Below, piece after piece: positions 40,125-50,260 of a stretch of DNA of 64,000 nucleotides. The notes beneath the pieces were generated by a model that saw nothing but the letters and a program-made list of their open reading frames with translations, was not told the DNA's origin and did no database searches. The translations under genes were made by a program, and so were the position numbers. The stretch comes from a bacterium. Its GTDB lineage: Bacteria; UBA8248. The stretch lies in the NCBI GenBank assembly GCA_965219955.1, contig OZ244799.1, positions 608,001-672,000 of the forward strand, read 5' to 3'. The number at the start of each line of letters is the position of its first letter. Position 1 is the stretch's first letter.

Positions 40125-41225
40125 ATGTCTTCACAATTCGATGTGCGCTACGGCGAAGAAATAGGAGACAAGATGGAAGCGGTTGTGATGACCGCGCCCG
40201 AAAAGCTTGAAATTCAATCCGTTCCTGTTCCGGAGCCGGATATCGGAGAAGTGCTTGTCAAAGTGGAGTGTACTACGATTTGTGGTACTGACATCGAAAT
40301 TATCAAAGGCGGACACCTCCCCAATTGGCCACCCAAACTTCCAGCTATCCTGGGGCATGAGTGGGCCGGCAGGATCGTGGCAATGGGTCCTATGACAGAG
40401 GGATTCGGTCTTGAGATGGGTGATGCCGTGGCGGGTACGAGCCATGCTGGATGCGGAGCCTGTCGCATGTGTCTGATCGGACGCTATAACCTTTGCTATA
40501 ATTATGGGAATACAGTCACAGGCCACAGGCAGTATGGGCATATTACGCAGGGTTCGTATGCCGAGTACGTGACAAACAACATACGCGCGTTGCACAGGAT
40601 GCCGGAAAACATGTCTTTTGAATATGGTTCTGCCGTGGATCCCGCTGCTTGTGGTCTCTGGACGGCGAAACGCGCGGGTATCAACCCCGGCGATACTGTT
40701 GTAATTTTAGGTTCTGGACCAATAGGTGCTTTTGCTTATGAATCAGCAAAGGCGATGGGCGCAGGGCGCGTGATTGTCGTGGGTGGTGGCCGGAGACTGA
40801 AAATATTAGAGGAACAAGGCGCTGAAGTTGTAAGCTATCGAGATGGGGGCGTGCCGCAGCGGATAGATGAAATGACGAGCGGGAGAAAAGCCAACGTGGT
40901 GCTGGAGACGGCTGGAACCACGGATAGCTTCAAGTGGAGTGTGGATTGTGGTGGTAAAGGCGCGCGAGTCGCTATTACCGGAATACCGGAAAACATCCCT
41001 GACATGGCATGGAAACGCGTTGTGCTCGAAGAGATGGATATTTTTGGCGTTCGAGCGAATCCCAATTGCGGAGATGAGGTATTATCACTCATTCATGCCG
41101 GTAGAATGAAAGTGGACCCGTATATCACCCATCGTTTTCCTCTCAGGGAATACCAAGAAGCACACGATACGTTTGTAGCTCGAAAGGACGGTGCCTTGCT
41201 CGTGAACCTGACTCCTGGAGAATAA
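40125..41225 (+). CDS. Zinc-dependent alcohol dehydrogenase (MDR family)
   Basis: ICGTD, GHE, CGACRMC..C and GSGPIG motifs. Confidence 0.93.
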   Translation: MSSQFDVRYGEEIGDKMEAVVMTAPEKLEIQSVPVPEPDIGEVLVKVECTTICGTDIEIIKGGHLPNWPPKLPAILGHEWAGRIVAMGPMTEGFGLEMGDAVAGTSHAGCGACRMCLIGRYNLCYNYGNTVTGHRQYGHITQGSYAEYVTNNIRALHRMPENMSFEYGSAVDPAACGLWTAKRAGINPGDTVVILGSGPIGAFAYESAKAMGAGRVIVVGGGRRLKILEEQGAEVVSYRDGGVPQRIDEMTSGRKANVVLETAGTTDSFKWSVDCGGKGARVAITGIPENIPDMAWKRVVLEEMDIFGVRANPNCGDEVLSLIHAGRMKVDPYITHRFPLREYQEAHDTFVARKDGALLVNLTPGE

Positions 41226-41632
41226 TGGAAATGTCTCAAGACGAGATGAAGTATGGCGCGAGGATGATAGCGGAGGCGGCACTCGAGGCTGTTCCGAATC
41301 CTTCACAGGAGCGAGATTACGTTGTCGATTTCACGATTCCCGAATTCACTTGCCTTTGTCCGATCAGCAATTTTCCCGACTTCGCAACGATTCGCATCAA
41401 ATACATTCCTGGAGACAAGATCGTAGAGTTGAAATCCCTGAAGCTCTACATCAATAATTACCGGGACCGGGAAATATTTCATGAACAAGTGGTCAGCACC
41501 ATCCTTGATGACATGGTTGAAGTTTGTGAACCGAAGTGGATTTGGATTGAAGGCGATTTTAATGTGAGGGGAAATATCAAAACGAAAATTAGGGCTACTC
41601 ATGGTGTAAGACCACAAGATGTTCCAGAATAG
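41225..41632 (+). CDS. queF: NADPH-dependent preQ0 reductase (type I)
   Basis: PEFTCLCP...PDFA, VELKSLKLY and FHE motifs. Confidence 0.95.
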   Translation: MEMSQDEMKYGARMIAEAALEAVPNPSQERDYVVDFTIPEFTCLCPISNFPDFATIRIKYIPGDKIVELKSLKLYINNYRDREIFHEQVVSTILDDMVEVCEPKWIWIEGDFNVRGNIKTKIRATHGVRPQDVPE

Positions 41633-41737
41633 GCAAATTGCCGATCGAATTTGTACGTTGCGTGGTTAAAGCTATAACAGATTGTCGAATGACAAATAAA
41701 ATTCAGTGGTTTAAGCCATATTTTCTCTGAGGTGGAA

Positions 41738-43987
41738 ATGACAGACTATAAAGTGGCAGGTATGGGCCTCACCCGGATCGATGCCCCGGACAAAGTAGCT
41801 GGAAGTGCCAAATATGCGGCTGATGTCCCATCGAGCCGCGCACTTATCGGGTTGGTCTTGGGCAGCCCGCATCCGTATGCAAAGGTATTAAGCGTGGATG
41901 TTTCTACGGCGCGTAGGATACCTGGCGTCCGTGCTGTCTTGACTCGCGATGAAGCTCCCCGCATTCGATTCGGTGCCAACATCAAGGATCAGAGTTGGTT
42001 TGCGCAGGATGGTTTCGTTCGCTATGGCGGAGAACCGGTGGCTGCCGTGGCCGCAGAAAACATCGATGCCGCCCAGACAGCCATCGAATCGATTCGTGTG
42101 GAATATGAAGTTTTAGAACCGATAGTAAGCGGCTTGGATAGCCGGGCCGGCAAAGGTCTCGCTGTTCATGAAGATTGGAGAGCGTTGGGACTTGGCCCGG
42201 ATGCGAACAAAAACATCATTGCCCGCTTTGAAAAAGAAATAGGAGATGTCGACGCTGGATACGAAGAAGCGGATCGCATTTTTGAGCATACTTTTTCCAC
42301 GCCGTTCGTACATGCCGGCTATATCGAACCTCACGCATGCACTGCCGAGGCAGGTGCCGACGGAAAAGTCACAATCTGGACGACCACGCAGGATGCGTGG
42401 GCCATTCGTGCGGATGTGGCCGAGGCACTTGGGTTTCCGGCAACACAGGTTCGAGTGATTCCGACTGAAATCGGAGGAGGTTTTGGCGCCAAGCTGAAGA
42501 GCACTTACGAGCACATCGCCGCTCTTTTGGCTTTAAGGACAGACCAGGCTGTTCGTATGGAGATGACTCGCGAGGAAGATCATATCGGAGTGAATCCGAG
42601 ACACCCTCATTTCATCACGATACGCACGGCGGTGAAGAATGACGGTACGTTTGTCGCTCGCGAACTTGATGTCACGATGGATCATGGAGCCTATGGCCGT
42701 GGCGCGCCGTTCCAGTGCAGTAGCAAGATGCTGATGGGTTCATGCTCATATCGGATTCCCAACGTCAGAATTCGCGCATGTACGGTATATACCAATGGCC
42801 CTGTTTGCGGTCCCGTGCGTGCTCCTAGCGGCCCCCAATATCACTTTGCCACCGAAGTGCAGATGGACATCATCGCGCGCGAAATGGGGGTCGACCCACT
42901 CGAAATTAGGCGAATTAACTCCCTCCGGCCCGGAGATGTGACGCTGGCCGGGAAAGAGGAGGCACCGTCCATGCGTAGCGTTCTCGACTCAACGGCCGTG
43001 GAGGGGGATTGGGGGGAGAAGATTGAGGCGAACGGAGAACTCGAGGGCGAGGGGTGGAAACTCGGCCGCGGCATAGCTTGTGGGTATTGGCCGGGACCGG
43101 GGGAGGCGTCTAGTTGTACGGTTCGCCTGAATCAGGACGGTACCGTTCAAGTGATAGCGGGAACGGTGAACCTCACGGGTATGAGTACTTCCATATGCCA
43201 ACTCGCTGCAGAAGAATTGGGCGTAAGTTTGGATGAAGTGCGTTACACGAACGGAGATACGGATTCAGTACCTGAATCATCGGCGGCATCAGGTAGTAAG
43301 GCGACGCGTGCGGTGGGGATGGCTAGCTTGAGTGCTGCGCGCGATTTGCGAGACAAGATTTTGAATGTGGCGAGTATAAAGCTCGAAGCCGCTCCGGACG
43401 ATCTGGTATTGGAAGATGGTCAAGTCAGGGTAGCTTCAGCGCCCGACCGGGCTCTTACACTTGCGCAGGTGGCCAAAGCGGCGCCTGAAATTCAGGGATT
43501 TTTAATAGGACAAGGGGAAAGCGCGAAGCCGCCGCCATGTCCAATACATACCGGACAGATAGCGGATGTGGCTGTCAATCCCGAACTCGGCGAGATCAGG
43601 GTTTTGCGCCTCACATGTGTCCAGGATGTGGGATTCGCCATCAATCCATTATCCGTTGTGGGTCAGATTGAGGGCGCCATGCTCCAGGGTCTCGGATTGG
43701 CTCTCATGGAAGAACAACCCCGGCGGCCGGATGGAAATTTGCATGGCGATACCTTCCATGAATATTTAATACCTACCAGCATGGATATGCCCGAACTGAA
43801 AGCCGTTTTGTATGACAACCCGGCCGAGGGCACACCCTATGGGATGAGGGGTGTGGGTGAACCGCCCATTGTGGCGACTGCAGCGGCGATCGTGAATGCC
43901 ATACAAGACGCAGTGGGAGTACCTGTTTTTTCACTGCCAGTCGGGCCACACCACATTCGTGAGGCTTTGGCGACGAGCAGCGTCTAA
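41738..43987 (+). CDS. Xanthine dehydrogenase family molybdopterin-binding subunit
   Basis: IGGGFGAK, RAPSGPQ, GQIEGA and GVGEPP motifs. Confidence 0.93.
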   Translation: MTDYKVAGMGLTRIDAPDKVAGSAKYAADVPSSRALIGLVLGSPHPYAKVLSVDVSTARRIPGVRAVLTRDEAPRIRFGANIKDQSWFAQDGFVRYGGEPVAAVAAENIDAAQTAIESIRVEYEVLEPIVSGLDSRAGKGLAVHEDWRALGLGPDANKNIIARFEKEIGDVDAGYEEADRIFEHTFSTPFVHAGYIEPHACTAEAGADGKVTIWTTTQDAWAIRADVAEALGFPATQVRVIPTEIGGGFGAKLKSTYEHIAALLALRTDQAVRMEMTREEDHIGVNPRHPHFITIRTAVKNDGTFVARELDVTMDHGAYGRGAPFQCSSKMLMGSCSYRIPNVRIRACTVYTNGPVCGPVRAPSGPQYHFATEVQMDIIAREMGVDPLEIRRINSLRPGDVTLAGKEEAPSMRSVLDSTAVEGDWGEKIEANGELEGEGWKLGRGIACGYWPGPGEASSCTVRLNQDGTVQVIAGTVNLTGMSTSICQLAAEELGVSLDEVRYTNGDTDSVPESSAASGSKATRAVGMASLSAARDLRDKILNVASIKLEAAPDDLVLEDGQVRVASAPDRALTLAQVAKAAPEIQGFLIGQGESAKPPPCPIHTGQIADVAVNPELGEIRVLRLTCVQDVGFAINPLSVVGQIEGAMLQGLGLALMEEQPRRPDGNLHGDTFHEYLIPTSMDMPELKAVLYDNPAEGTPYGMRGVGEPPIVATAAAIVNAIQDAVGVPVFSLPVGPHHIREALATSSV

Positions 43988-44019
43988 ATCACGTATCCGA
44001 TATTTTTAAGGAGAATCCA

Positions 44020-44685
44020 ATGTCTGTGGACGACAAAACCAGTTTGCCGGATAGTCTTGGCGTGACCGATGAGATGATGGCATGTCCTTTGCCAAGGTTG
44101 CCTTTCGTCGATCCTGACGATATTCCTGACGAGCTTAAGGAGGAACTCACCCCGCTCTATGACTGGTCGAAGCGGATGTGGGGCACCGTCCCGCGTTTTT
44201 TGCAGCTTTTGGGAAATTCACCTCCCACGGTGGAAGGATGGATGTTGCTCGACCAGAAGCTCCGCACGAATCGATTGAAGACGGAGTCCGATTATATCCG
44301 TCTCATGGAGCTGGTTATCGTCAAAACGGCTATATTGACCGAGTGCAACAACTGAATCGGGCACAATGTGGAGCTCGGTCGGGCTCTGGGTCTTAGCCAG
44401 GATCAGATCAATCTACTTGAAGGCGATGATTGGAAAGACAGCGATTTGTTCGACGATAAGGAAAAAGCCGTTATCCGTTGGGCGGATGAAGTGTCGAAGT
44501 TCAGGGCGAAGAAAAACGACTTCGCATTCAGTGAAATGAAGAAGTATTTCTCCGATCGGCAGATCGTGGAACTCACTTTTATCTGTGGCATGTGGCATCT
44601 TTCCGGGAGGCTGGCCGAAGCGCTTCACTTGGTGGTGGAACCGCCGGGAGGACGCATCGAATTTCAAGCGGAAGACATGGCCTAG
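44020..44685 (+). CDS. AhpD/carboxymuconolactone decarboxylase-like selenoprotein (TGA at 44353 read as Sec; CNNU-IGH)
   Basis: The two ORF halves are in one frame, joined only by TGA at the CxxC..H site; SECIS-like hairpin downstream. Confidence 0.82.
44371..44386 (+). promoter_or_regulatory. Putative bacterial SECIS element
   Basis: GAGCUC-GGUC-GGGCUC hairpin whose G-starting loop begins 21 nt after the UGA. Confidence 0.6.
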
Positions 44686-44921
44686 ACACAGGCCTGTTAC
44701 CTGAAACATTAATCGGGCGCGGACGAGCTTTCTGGCGTTTTGTGCAGGCTCGGTGTTCGCGCGCGCATACAAATAATATCCCAGATATGGTCATCTGAAA
44801 CGCATCTTTCCGGCCTCCTTGAAAAGTTAGCTTCGCGGGTACTCCCGGTAAAAATGTGAGAATTTGCTTTGAATAGCATATTTTATTGTTTGAAAAATAA
44901 GGACTTAGATATAAAAAAAAG

Positions 44922-44949
44922 TTGCTTTTTTTAACAATTTCTGTATACT
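44922..44949 (+). promoter_or_regulatory. Sigma70-type promoter
   Basis: TTGCTT-N16-TATACT with an upstream A-tract. Confidence 0.55.
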
Positions 44950-45023
44950 TTCCCGCTTTGTGGTGTCGCCTGTGGCAAAGCCCGGGCAAATTCGTATCAG
45001 GCCGCCCGTAGGATGAGGATGAA

Positions 45024-45191
45024 ATGATCGAGTTAAGAGATAGTGATGTCGTTTTGGATCACGAGTTTTTTGCAGAATCCGGAGATGTGCTGCCAAGCGA
45101 TGTGGACTATGATGTGTCTGACAAAGGTGTAGCTGATGATTTCTATATTTTGAGTGACGGCGAAGGGGGGAATGCTCCTGCTGAACAATAG
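45024..45191 (+). CDS. Small acidic protein (55 aa), absent from the ORF track
   Basis: GAGGA RBS; flanked by its own promoter and terminator. Confidence 0.55.
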   Translation: MIELRDSDVVLDHEFFAESGDVLPSDVDYDVSDKGVADDFYILSDGEGGNAPAEQ

Positions 45192-45213
45192 TGTTCCTTC
45201 CAAGAAAGAAATC

Positions 45214-45249
45214 AACGCCCGGTTGAAGTATCGGCCGGGCGTTTCTTTT
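45214..45249 (+). terminator. Rho-independent terminator
   Basis: AACGCCCGGTTGA-AGTA-TCGGCCGGGCGTT followed by TCTTTT. Confidence 0.75.
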
Positions 45250-45306
45250 GTCCTGAAATTTTTGCAGGATATGTGTTTTGCTTCATGAATCGGGAAAGAA
45301 AATGTG

Positions 45307-46152
45307 ATGGCTACGGACGAACAGACGATTCACCATGAAGACGTGCGGGGGCGTATCCTCTCAGCGGATTCGATGACATATTTTGACGAAAGGGCAGGGA
45401 AGAGGGACGTTCTCATTGCAGGTTCTTACGCTGCGCGAATGACGATTGCCTGGGCAATGCGGCTGGGTGCGAGAGCAATTGTTGCCCATGCGGCGGGGGT
45501 AGGGATGGATGATGCCGGGATCAGCGGTCTCCGCTTGGCTCAGGATTATCATGTGCCTGCATTGGCCTGTGAGACCATGTCCGCGAGGCTCGCTGTTGGA
45601 GAATCCGTGTATGAAGGCGAAGTCGGTCATGCGAATCAAGCGGCTAAAAACCTTGGTGTTGAAATCGGTCAGTCCATAGCTGATGCTTCGGATTGTTTGC
45701 TCGATGCCGAAATGGGCCGGAAAGTAATTGTCGAGGAAAGTCTTGACGATAGGATTTATGAGCTGGAGCTTTTGCCTCATGGTAATATACGCGCTTCATG
45801 GGGTATTCCCGTCCTGCGTTCCATCAAAGAACCAAGACCGGATGACGTCTTTATCCAGGCTTCACATTGCGGACTTACCCTCATCCCGCATGTTGTGAAG
45901 CTCAATCTAAAGGGTGTTGTTGCGAATGATGCGGGGCGGGGAAAAGATGATTCCGGTATCGCATCTTTTCCTTATCTGGCGCGAGAAGGTATCGCGGCGG
46001 CTGCGGTCGGCGCCATGAGCGCGCGCATTGGTGATGTGATGAGCACATGGGAAGACGGCGTGATTTCATGCATGAATGAAGTGGCGGAAAAGCGCGGAGT
46101 ACGAGAAGGCATGAGAACGCGAGAGGCGGCTCAAGCCATGCTCAATCCTTAG
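45307..46152 (+). CDS. Conserved hypothetical protein with internally duplicated domain
   Basis: Two copies of A(H/N)(A/D)AG.G.DD.GI...SAR...N..A...GV..G. Confidence 0.75.
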   Translation: MATDEQTIHHEDVRGRILSADSMTYFDERAGKRDVLIAGSYAARMTIAWAMRLGARAIVAHAAGVGMDDAGISGLRLAQDYHVPALACETMSARLAVGESVYEGEVGHANQAAKNLGVEIGQSIADASDCLLDAEMGRKVIVEESLDDRIYELELLPHGNIRASWGIPVLRSIKEPRPDDVFIQASHCGLTLIPHVVKLNLKGVVANDAGRGKDDSGIASFPYLAREGIAAAAVGAMSARIGDVMSTWEDGVISCMNEVAEKRGVREGMRTREAAQAMLNP

Positions 46153-46174
46153 GGTTTAACTCAAGCAACTGCTC

Positions 46175-46250
46175 TGGTGGAGGTGAGGGGATTCGAACCC
46201 CTGACCTCGTGGGTGCGATCCACGCGCTCTCCCATCTGAGCTACACCCCC
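46175..46250 (-). tRNA. tRNA-Ala (CGC)
   Basis: GGGGGTG/CACCTCC acceptor with G3:U70, anticodon arm CGTGG-ATCGCAC-CCACG, CCA end. Confidence 0.96.
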
Positions 46251-46264
46251 ACAAAAGGAATATG

Positions 46265-46293
46265 AAGGTAGGCGAAGGAGCCCTGGGTGTCAA
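46265..46293 (-). promoter_or_regulatory. Sigma70-type promoter for tRNA-Ala
   Basis: TTGACA-N17-TACCTT on the minus strand. Confidence 0.65.
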
Positions 46294-46301
46294 GTGAAAA
46301 A

Positions 46302-46586
46302 GGGAGAGCCGATGAAGAACTCCCCCTAGGAGACTTCACCGGCTCTCGACCTGCCGCAGAGTCCGCCCGTTTCCCCCGCAGCAGGGAATTCCGCTCGATT
46401 TGAAGTGGGAGCCGAAGACTCAACCCCCGAGGTGTATTATCCCCGGCTCCCGATCCTGCTGCAGAGTCCGCCCGTTTCCCCCGCAGCAAGAGAATTCACT
46501 TTGGTGAGAGTCGGGGAAAAACCCTCCGAGGATTCTCCCCCGACTCTCGTCCCGTCGCAGAGTCCGCCCGTTGCCCCCCCGACGGG
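46302..46586 (-). ncRNA. Three tandem ~100-nt two-hairpin structured units (unknown motif)
   Basis: Conserved loop G(A/C)AACGGGCGGA and compensatory stem changes among the three copies. Confidence 0.55.
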
Positions 46587-46600
46587 TAACAACTGATTTT

Positions 46601-49600
46601 TTAAGAACATCCACTCGTCGCACCGCAAGTCATGCATTTCAGGCAGGTACCGTTTCTTACCAGGGTGAATAAACCGCAATCGCCACATGCCTCACCCTCA
46701 TATCCTTTGGCGCGGGCTTCTTCGATACGCGAATCGAGGGCGGAGCCTGCTTCTGCGATAGGCGTCAACGAAGCGAAGGTGGATTCTTTCTCATAATTCA
46801 GACTTATCCGGTCACTACGCGGTGCGCTTGCATCTGGTCCCGGGAATATGGTTTGAATCTCCTCTTCTTCCTCGGTGTCGAATTCGGGGATCTCTTCCTG
46901 AGGGCGCCCAATGGTATCGCTCCTCAGGTCCTCCGACACCACTTGCGCAAGGTCGTGGCGTCCGAGATATGAGACTGCCAACTCACGGAAGATGTAATCG
47001 ATGATGGATGTGCTCATCTTGATGTGCGGGTTGCCTGAAACCATGCCCCCGGGCTCGAAGCGCGTGAAAACAAATGCATCCACAAATTCATCCAGAGGGA
47101 CGCCATGTTGTAACCCCAGGGAAATGGCGATGGCGAAACAGTTCATAAGGCTTCTGAAGGCAGCGCCTTCTTTGTGCATATCTATGAAAATTTCACCAAT
47201 CGAACCATCCTCGTATTCCCCGGTTCTAAGATACACTTTGTGCCCGCCGATGACGGCTTTTTGGGTGTATCCACCGCGGCGGGTAGGCAACTTGCGTCTT
47301 CTGGATTGGTAAATAATCCGGCGCACAATCTGCTGGGCTACGTGCACGGGTGCGCTTTGGGTAGCTGGTTCTTCTTCACTGATGTCAGCGAAGATTTCCG
47401 CTTCGCTTAGCGCGGAAAGTGGCTGGCTTAGTTTCGAACCATCACGGTAAATCGCAATGGCTTTGGTCATCCGCTGCCACGATTCGCGGTAGATATCCAA
47501 GATGTCTTGAATTGTGGATTCTGATGGCATGTTGATGGTTTTGCTGATAGCGCCTGATATAAAAGGCTGCGCCGCCGCCATCATCCGAACATGGGCCATT
47601 GGGCTGATGAAGCGCTTGCCTTCGCGTCCGCATTTACTGGCGCAATCAAAAACAGCTAGATGTTCTTCTTTTAGGTGGGGCGCGCCTTCCAGCGTCATTT
47701 TACCGCAAACGAAATCATTCGCTTCGCTGATTTGCTCCGGGGTGAAACCAATGGCTTCGAGCAGATTCAGGTTCCAGTCGGCAATTTGCGCTTCATTGAA
47801 CTCTAATTGTTCACGGCAGAAGTCTTCTCCAAGGGAGTATTTGTTGAAGGCGAACTGGATTTCAAATGCCCCCTCAAGCGCGGCTTCCACCTTTTCGAGG
47901 GCCTTGCTGGTGAACCCTTTTGCGTGTAGAGATTCTGGATTGATGTGAGGCGCATTCGTGAGGGTGCCCCGCCCCCGGCAGTAGGCGACGATTTCGCGGA
48001 TTTCTTCGTCATCATAACCCAGATGCCGCAAGGCAAGAGGAACGGACTGGTTGATGATCTTGAAGTAACCGCCCCCCGCCAGTTTTTTGAATTTCACCAA
48101 AGCAAAATCAGGCTCGATTCCGGTTGTGTCGCAATCCATTACCAAGCCAATAGTGCCCGTCGGTGCGATGACAGTAGCTTGCGCATTCCGGTAGCCGTTT
48201 CGATAGCCGATGGCCAAAGCGTCATCCCACGCCTCTCGCGCCGCCTGGAGAAGATAATGGGGACAGGTTTCCGCATCGATTCCTTTTGGCGCTTTAGAGA
48301 GCATTTCGTATTCGGCTTCAGGCACTGAATAAGCTGCGCGGCGGTGGTTTCGCAGAACGCGCAACATGTGCTCTTGATTGCCTTGATACCTGACGAAAGC
48401 GCCCAGCTCTCCGGCCATCTCGGCGCTTGTGGCGTACGAGCAGCCTGTCATGATGGAGGTGAGGGCCCCGCACCACGCTTCCGCTTCCGGTGAATCGTAA
48501 GGGATGCCGAGAACCATCAACAAGGTGCCCAGATTGGCGTATCCAAGCCCCAAGGTACGATACTCGAATGAGCGTTTGGCTATTTCGGGACTGGGGAATT
48601 GCGCCATCAGCACTGAAATTTCGAGGACGACTGTCAATAGACGGATAACGTGGCGATAGTCTTCTATCTGGAAATGGTTCTTTTCAGTATCCAAGAATTT
48701 CATGAGATTCATCGACGCCAGATTGCATGCGGTGTCATCCAGGAACATGTATTCCGAGCAGGGATTAGAGCCGTTGATGCGCCCATCGGTGGCGCACGTG
48801 TGCCAGTCGTTGATGGTCGAATCGAATTGAAGGCCGGGATCTGCGCAACACCACGCCGCGTATCCAATCTGCTCCCAAAGCTCTTTCGAGTTGAGGGAAC
48901 CGGCGATTTCACCATCGGTGCGCCGAATCAGGTTCCAATCCGTATTTTTCTCGCTGGCTTTCATGAATTCGTCTGAAACACGTATGGAATTATTCGAGTT
49001 TTGCCCGGACACCGAGGTGTAGGCCTCGCCTTCCCAATTCGTGTCGAATTCCTCGAACTCGATTTCGGTGATTCCTTGCCGCGCGAGTTGAAGGGTTCGA
49101 TGAATATAATTGTCCGGAACACCGGCTAGCCTTGCGGCGCGTATCGCTTTGGCGAGTGATGGGTTCTTATCCGGCTGATGGAGGTTGCCGTTCAACCCCG
49201 GGTTTTCCCCCTCCTGGCAAGCCACGAGAATAGCGTTCATATGCCGGTTGCACATCTTGCTGCCCGAAACCAGGGCAGCCACTTTCTGTTCCTCGTTCAC
49301 CTTCCAGTTGATGAATTCCTCGATGTCGGGATGATCGATGTCTAGCGTGACCATCTTCGCTGCCCGGCGTGTCGTGCCGCCCGACTTGATGGCGCCCGCG
49401 GCGCGGTCCCCAATCTTGAGGAAACTCATGAGGCCGGAGCTTTTTCCGCCTCCCGAGAGGGATTCCCCCTCCGCTCTCAAGCTCGAGAAATTCGTGCCGG
49501 TGCCCGAGCCGTATTTGAAGATGCGCGCCTCGCGCGTCCATAAATCCATGATCCCGCCCTCGTTGACGAGATCGTCTTTCACCGATTGGATGAAGCACGC

Positions 49601-50209
49601 ATGCGGCTGGGGACGTTCATAGGCGTTGGTGGAGCGGAGTATTTCCCCGGTTTCGGGGTCGCAGTAGAAATGGCCCTGGGCGGGGCGCGTAATGCCGTAA
49701 GCCCAGTGGAGGCCCGTATTGAACCACTGAGGCGAGTTGGGAGCCGCCATCTGGCTCGCAAGTATGTATAAAAGTTCCTCGTAAAACGCCTTGGCGTCCT
49801 CTTCGGTGTGAAAATAACCGTGTTTCCAGCCCCAATACGTCCAGCATCCCGCCAGGCGGTGGAAAACGTCCCGTGCGTCTTGCTCGCTTCCGTATTGCTC
49901 ATCCTCGGGCAGGGATTCGAGTTTTTCCGTGTCAGGTTCCGAGCGCTGCAGCCACTCGGGCACGCCGTCTTCGGGAACCTTTTTCAAATGGGCGGGGACG
50001 CCGGCTTTCCGGAAGTATTTTTGCGCCAGGATGTCGACGGCCACCTGAGACCAGCTCTCGGGCGCCAGGATGTCCTTCGCTTCGAAGACGAGCGAGCCGT
50101 CCGGGTTCGTGATGCGCGAGGTGCGCGGCGCGAAACCGACCTCGCCGTACGCATCGTCTCCAGCCCGGGTAAAACGCCTCGTCAACTCCACTTTCAGCCT
50201 CCTCCGCAA
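46601..50209 (-). CDS. nrdJ: Adenosylcobalamin-dependent (class II) ribonucleotide reductase
   Basis: [31 protein letters not shown] motifs and a C-terminal TSCPD/Zn-finger region. Confidence 0.96.
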   Translation of the reverse strand: MRRRLKVELTRRFTRAGDDAYGEVGFAPRTSRITNPDGSLVFEAKDILAPESWSQVAVDILAQKYFRKAGVPAHLKKVPEDGVPEWLQRSEPDTEKLESLPEDEQYGSEQDARDVFHRLAGCWTYWGWKHGYFHTEEDAKAFYEELLYILASQMAAPNSPQWFNTGLHWAYGITRPAQGHFYCDPETGEILRSTNAYERPQPHACFIQSVKDDLVNEGGIMDLWTREARIFKYGSGTGTNFSSLRAEGESLSGGGKSSGLMSFLKIGDRAAGAIKSGGTTRRAAKMVTLDIDHPDIEEFINWKVNEEQKVAALVSGSKMCNRHMNAILVACQEGENPGLNGNLHQPDKNPSLAKAIRAARLAGVPDNYIHRTLQLARQGITEIEFEEFDTNWEGEAYTSVSGQNSNNSIRVSDEFMKASEKNTDWNLIRRTDGEIAGSLNSKELWEQIGYAAWCCADPGLQFDSTINDWHTCATDGRINGSNPCSEYMFLDDTACNLASMNLMKFLDTEKNHFQIEDYRHVIRLLTVVLEISVLMAQFPSPEIAKRSFEYRTLGLGYANLGTLLMVLGIPYDSPEAEAWCGALTSIMTGCSYATSAEMAGELGAFVRYQGNQEHMLRVLRNHRRAAYSVPEAEYEMLSKAPKGIDAETCPHYLLQAAREAWDDALAIGYRNGYRNAQATVIAPTGTIGLVMDCDTTGIEPDFALVKFKKLAGGGYFKIINQSVPLALRHLGYDDEEIREIVAYCRGRGTLTNAPHINPESLHAKGFTSKALEKVEAALEGAFEIQFAFNKYSLGEDFCREQLEFNEAQIADWNLNLLEAIGFTPEQISEANDFVCGKMTLEGAPHLKEEHLAVFDCASKCGREGKRFISPMAHVRMMAAAQPFISGAISKTINMPSESTIQDILDIYRESWQRMTKAIAIYRDGSKLSQPLSALSEAEIFADISEEEPATQSAPVHVAQQIVRRIIYQSRRRKLPTRRGGYTQKAVIGGHKVYLRTGEYEDGSIGEIFIDMHKEGAAFRSLMNCFAIAISLGLQHGVPLDEFVDAFVFTRFEPGGMVSGNPHIKMSTSIIDYIFRELAVSYLGRHDLAQVVSEDLRSDTIGRPQEEIPEFDTEEEEEIQTIFPGPDASAPRSDRISLNYEKESTFASLTPIAEAGSALDSRIEEARAKGYEGEACGDCGLFTLVRNGTCLKCMTCGATSGCS

Positions 50210-50260
50210 GGGCGCCCCGCTGTGCCGGGGACATATTTAGTATGGCGCAATCAAACCGTA

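Noticed and set aside
46150-46200. tRNA-Ala as integration site of a genomic island
   Set aside because: I found no duplicated tRNA 3' end or integrase in the window, and the low-GC zone continues on both sides.
46302-46586. Mini-CRISPR array
   Set aside because: The would-be spacers are homologous hairpins, the repeats vary in compensating pairs, and there are no cas genes.
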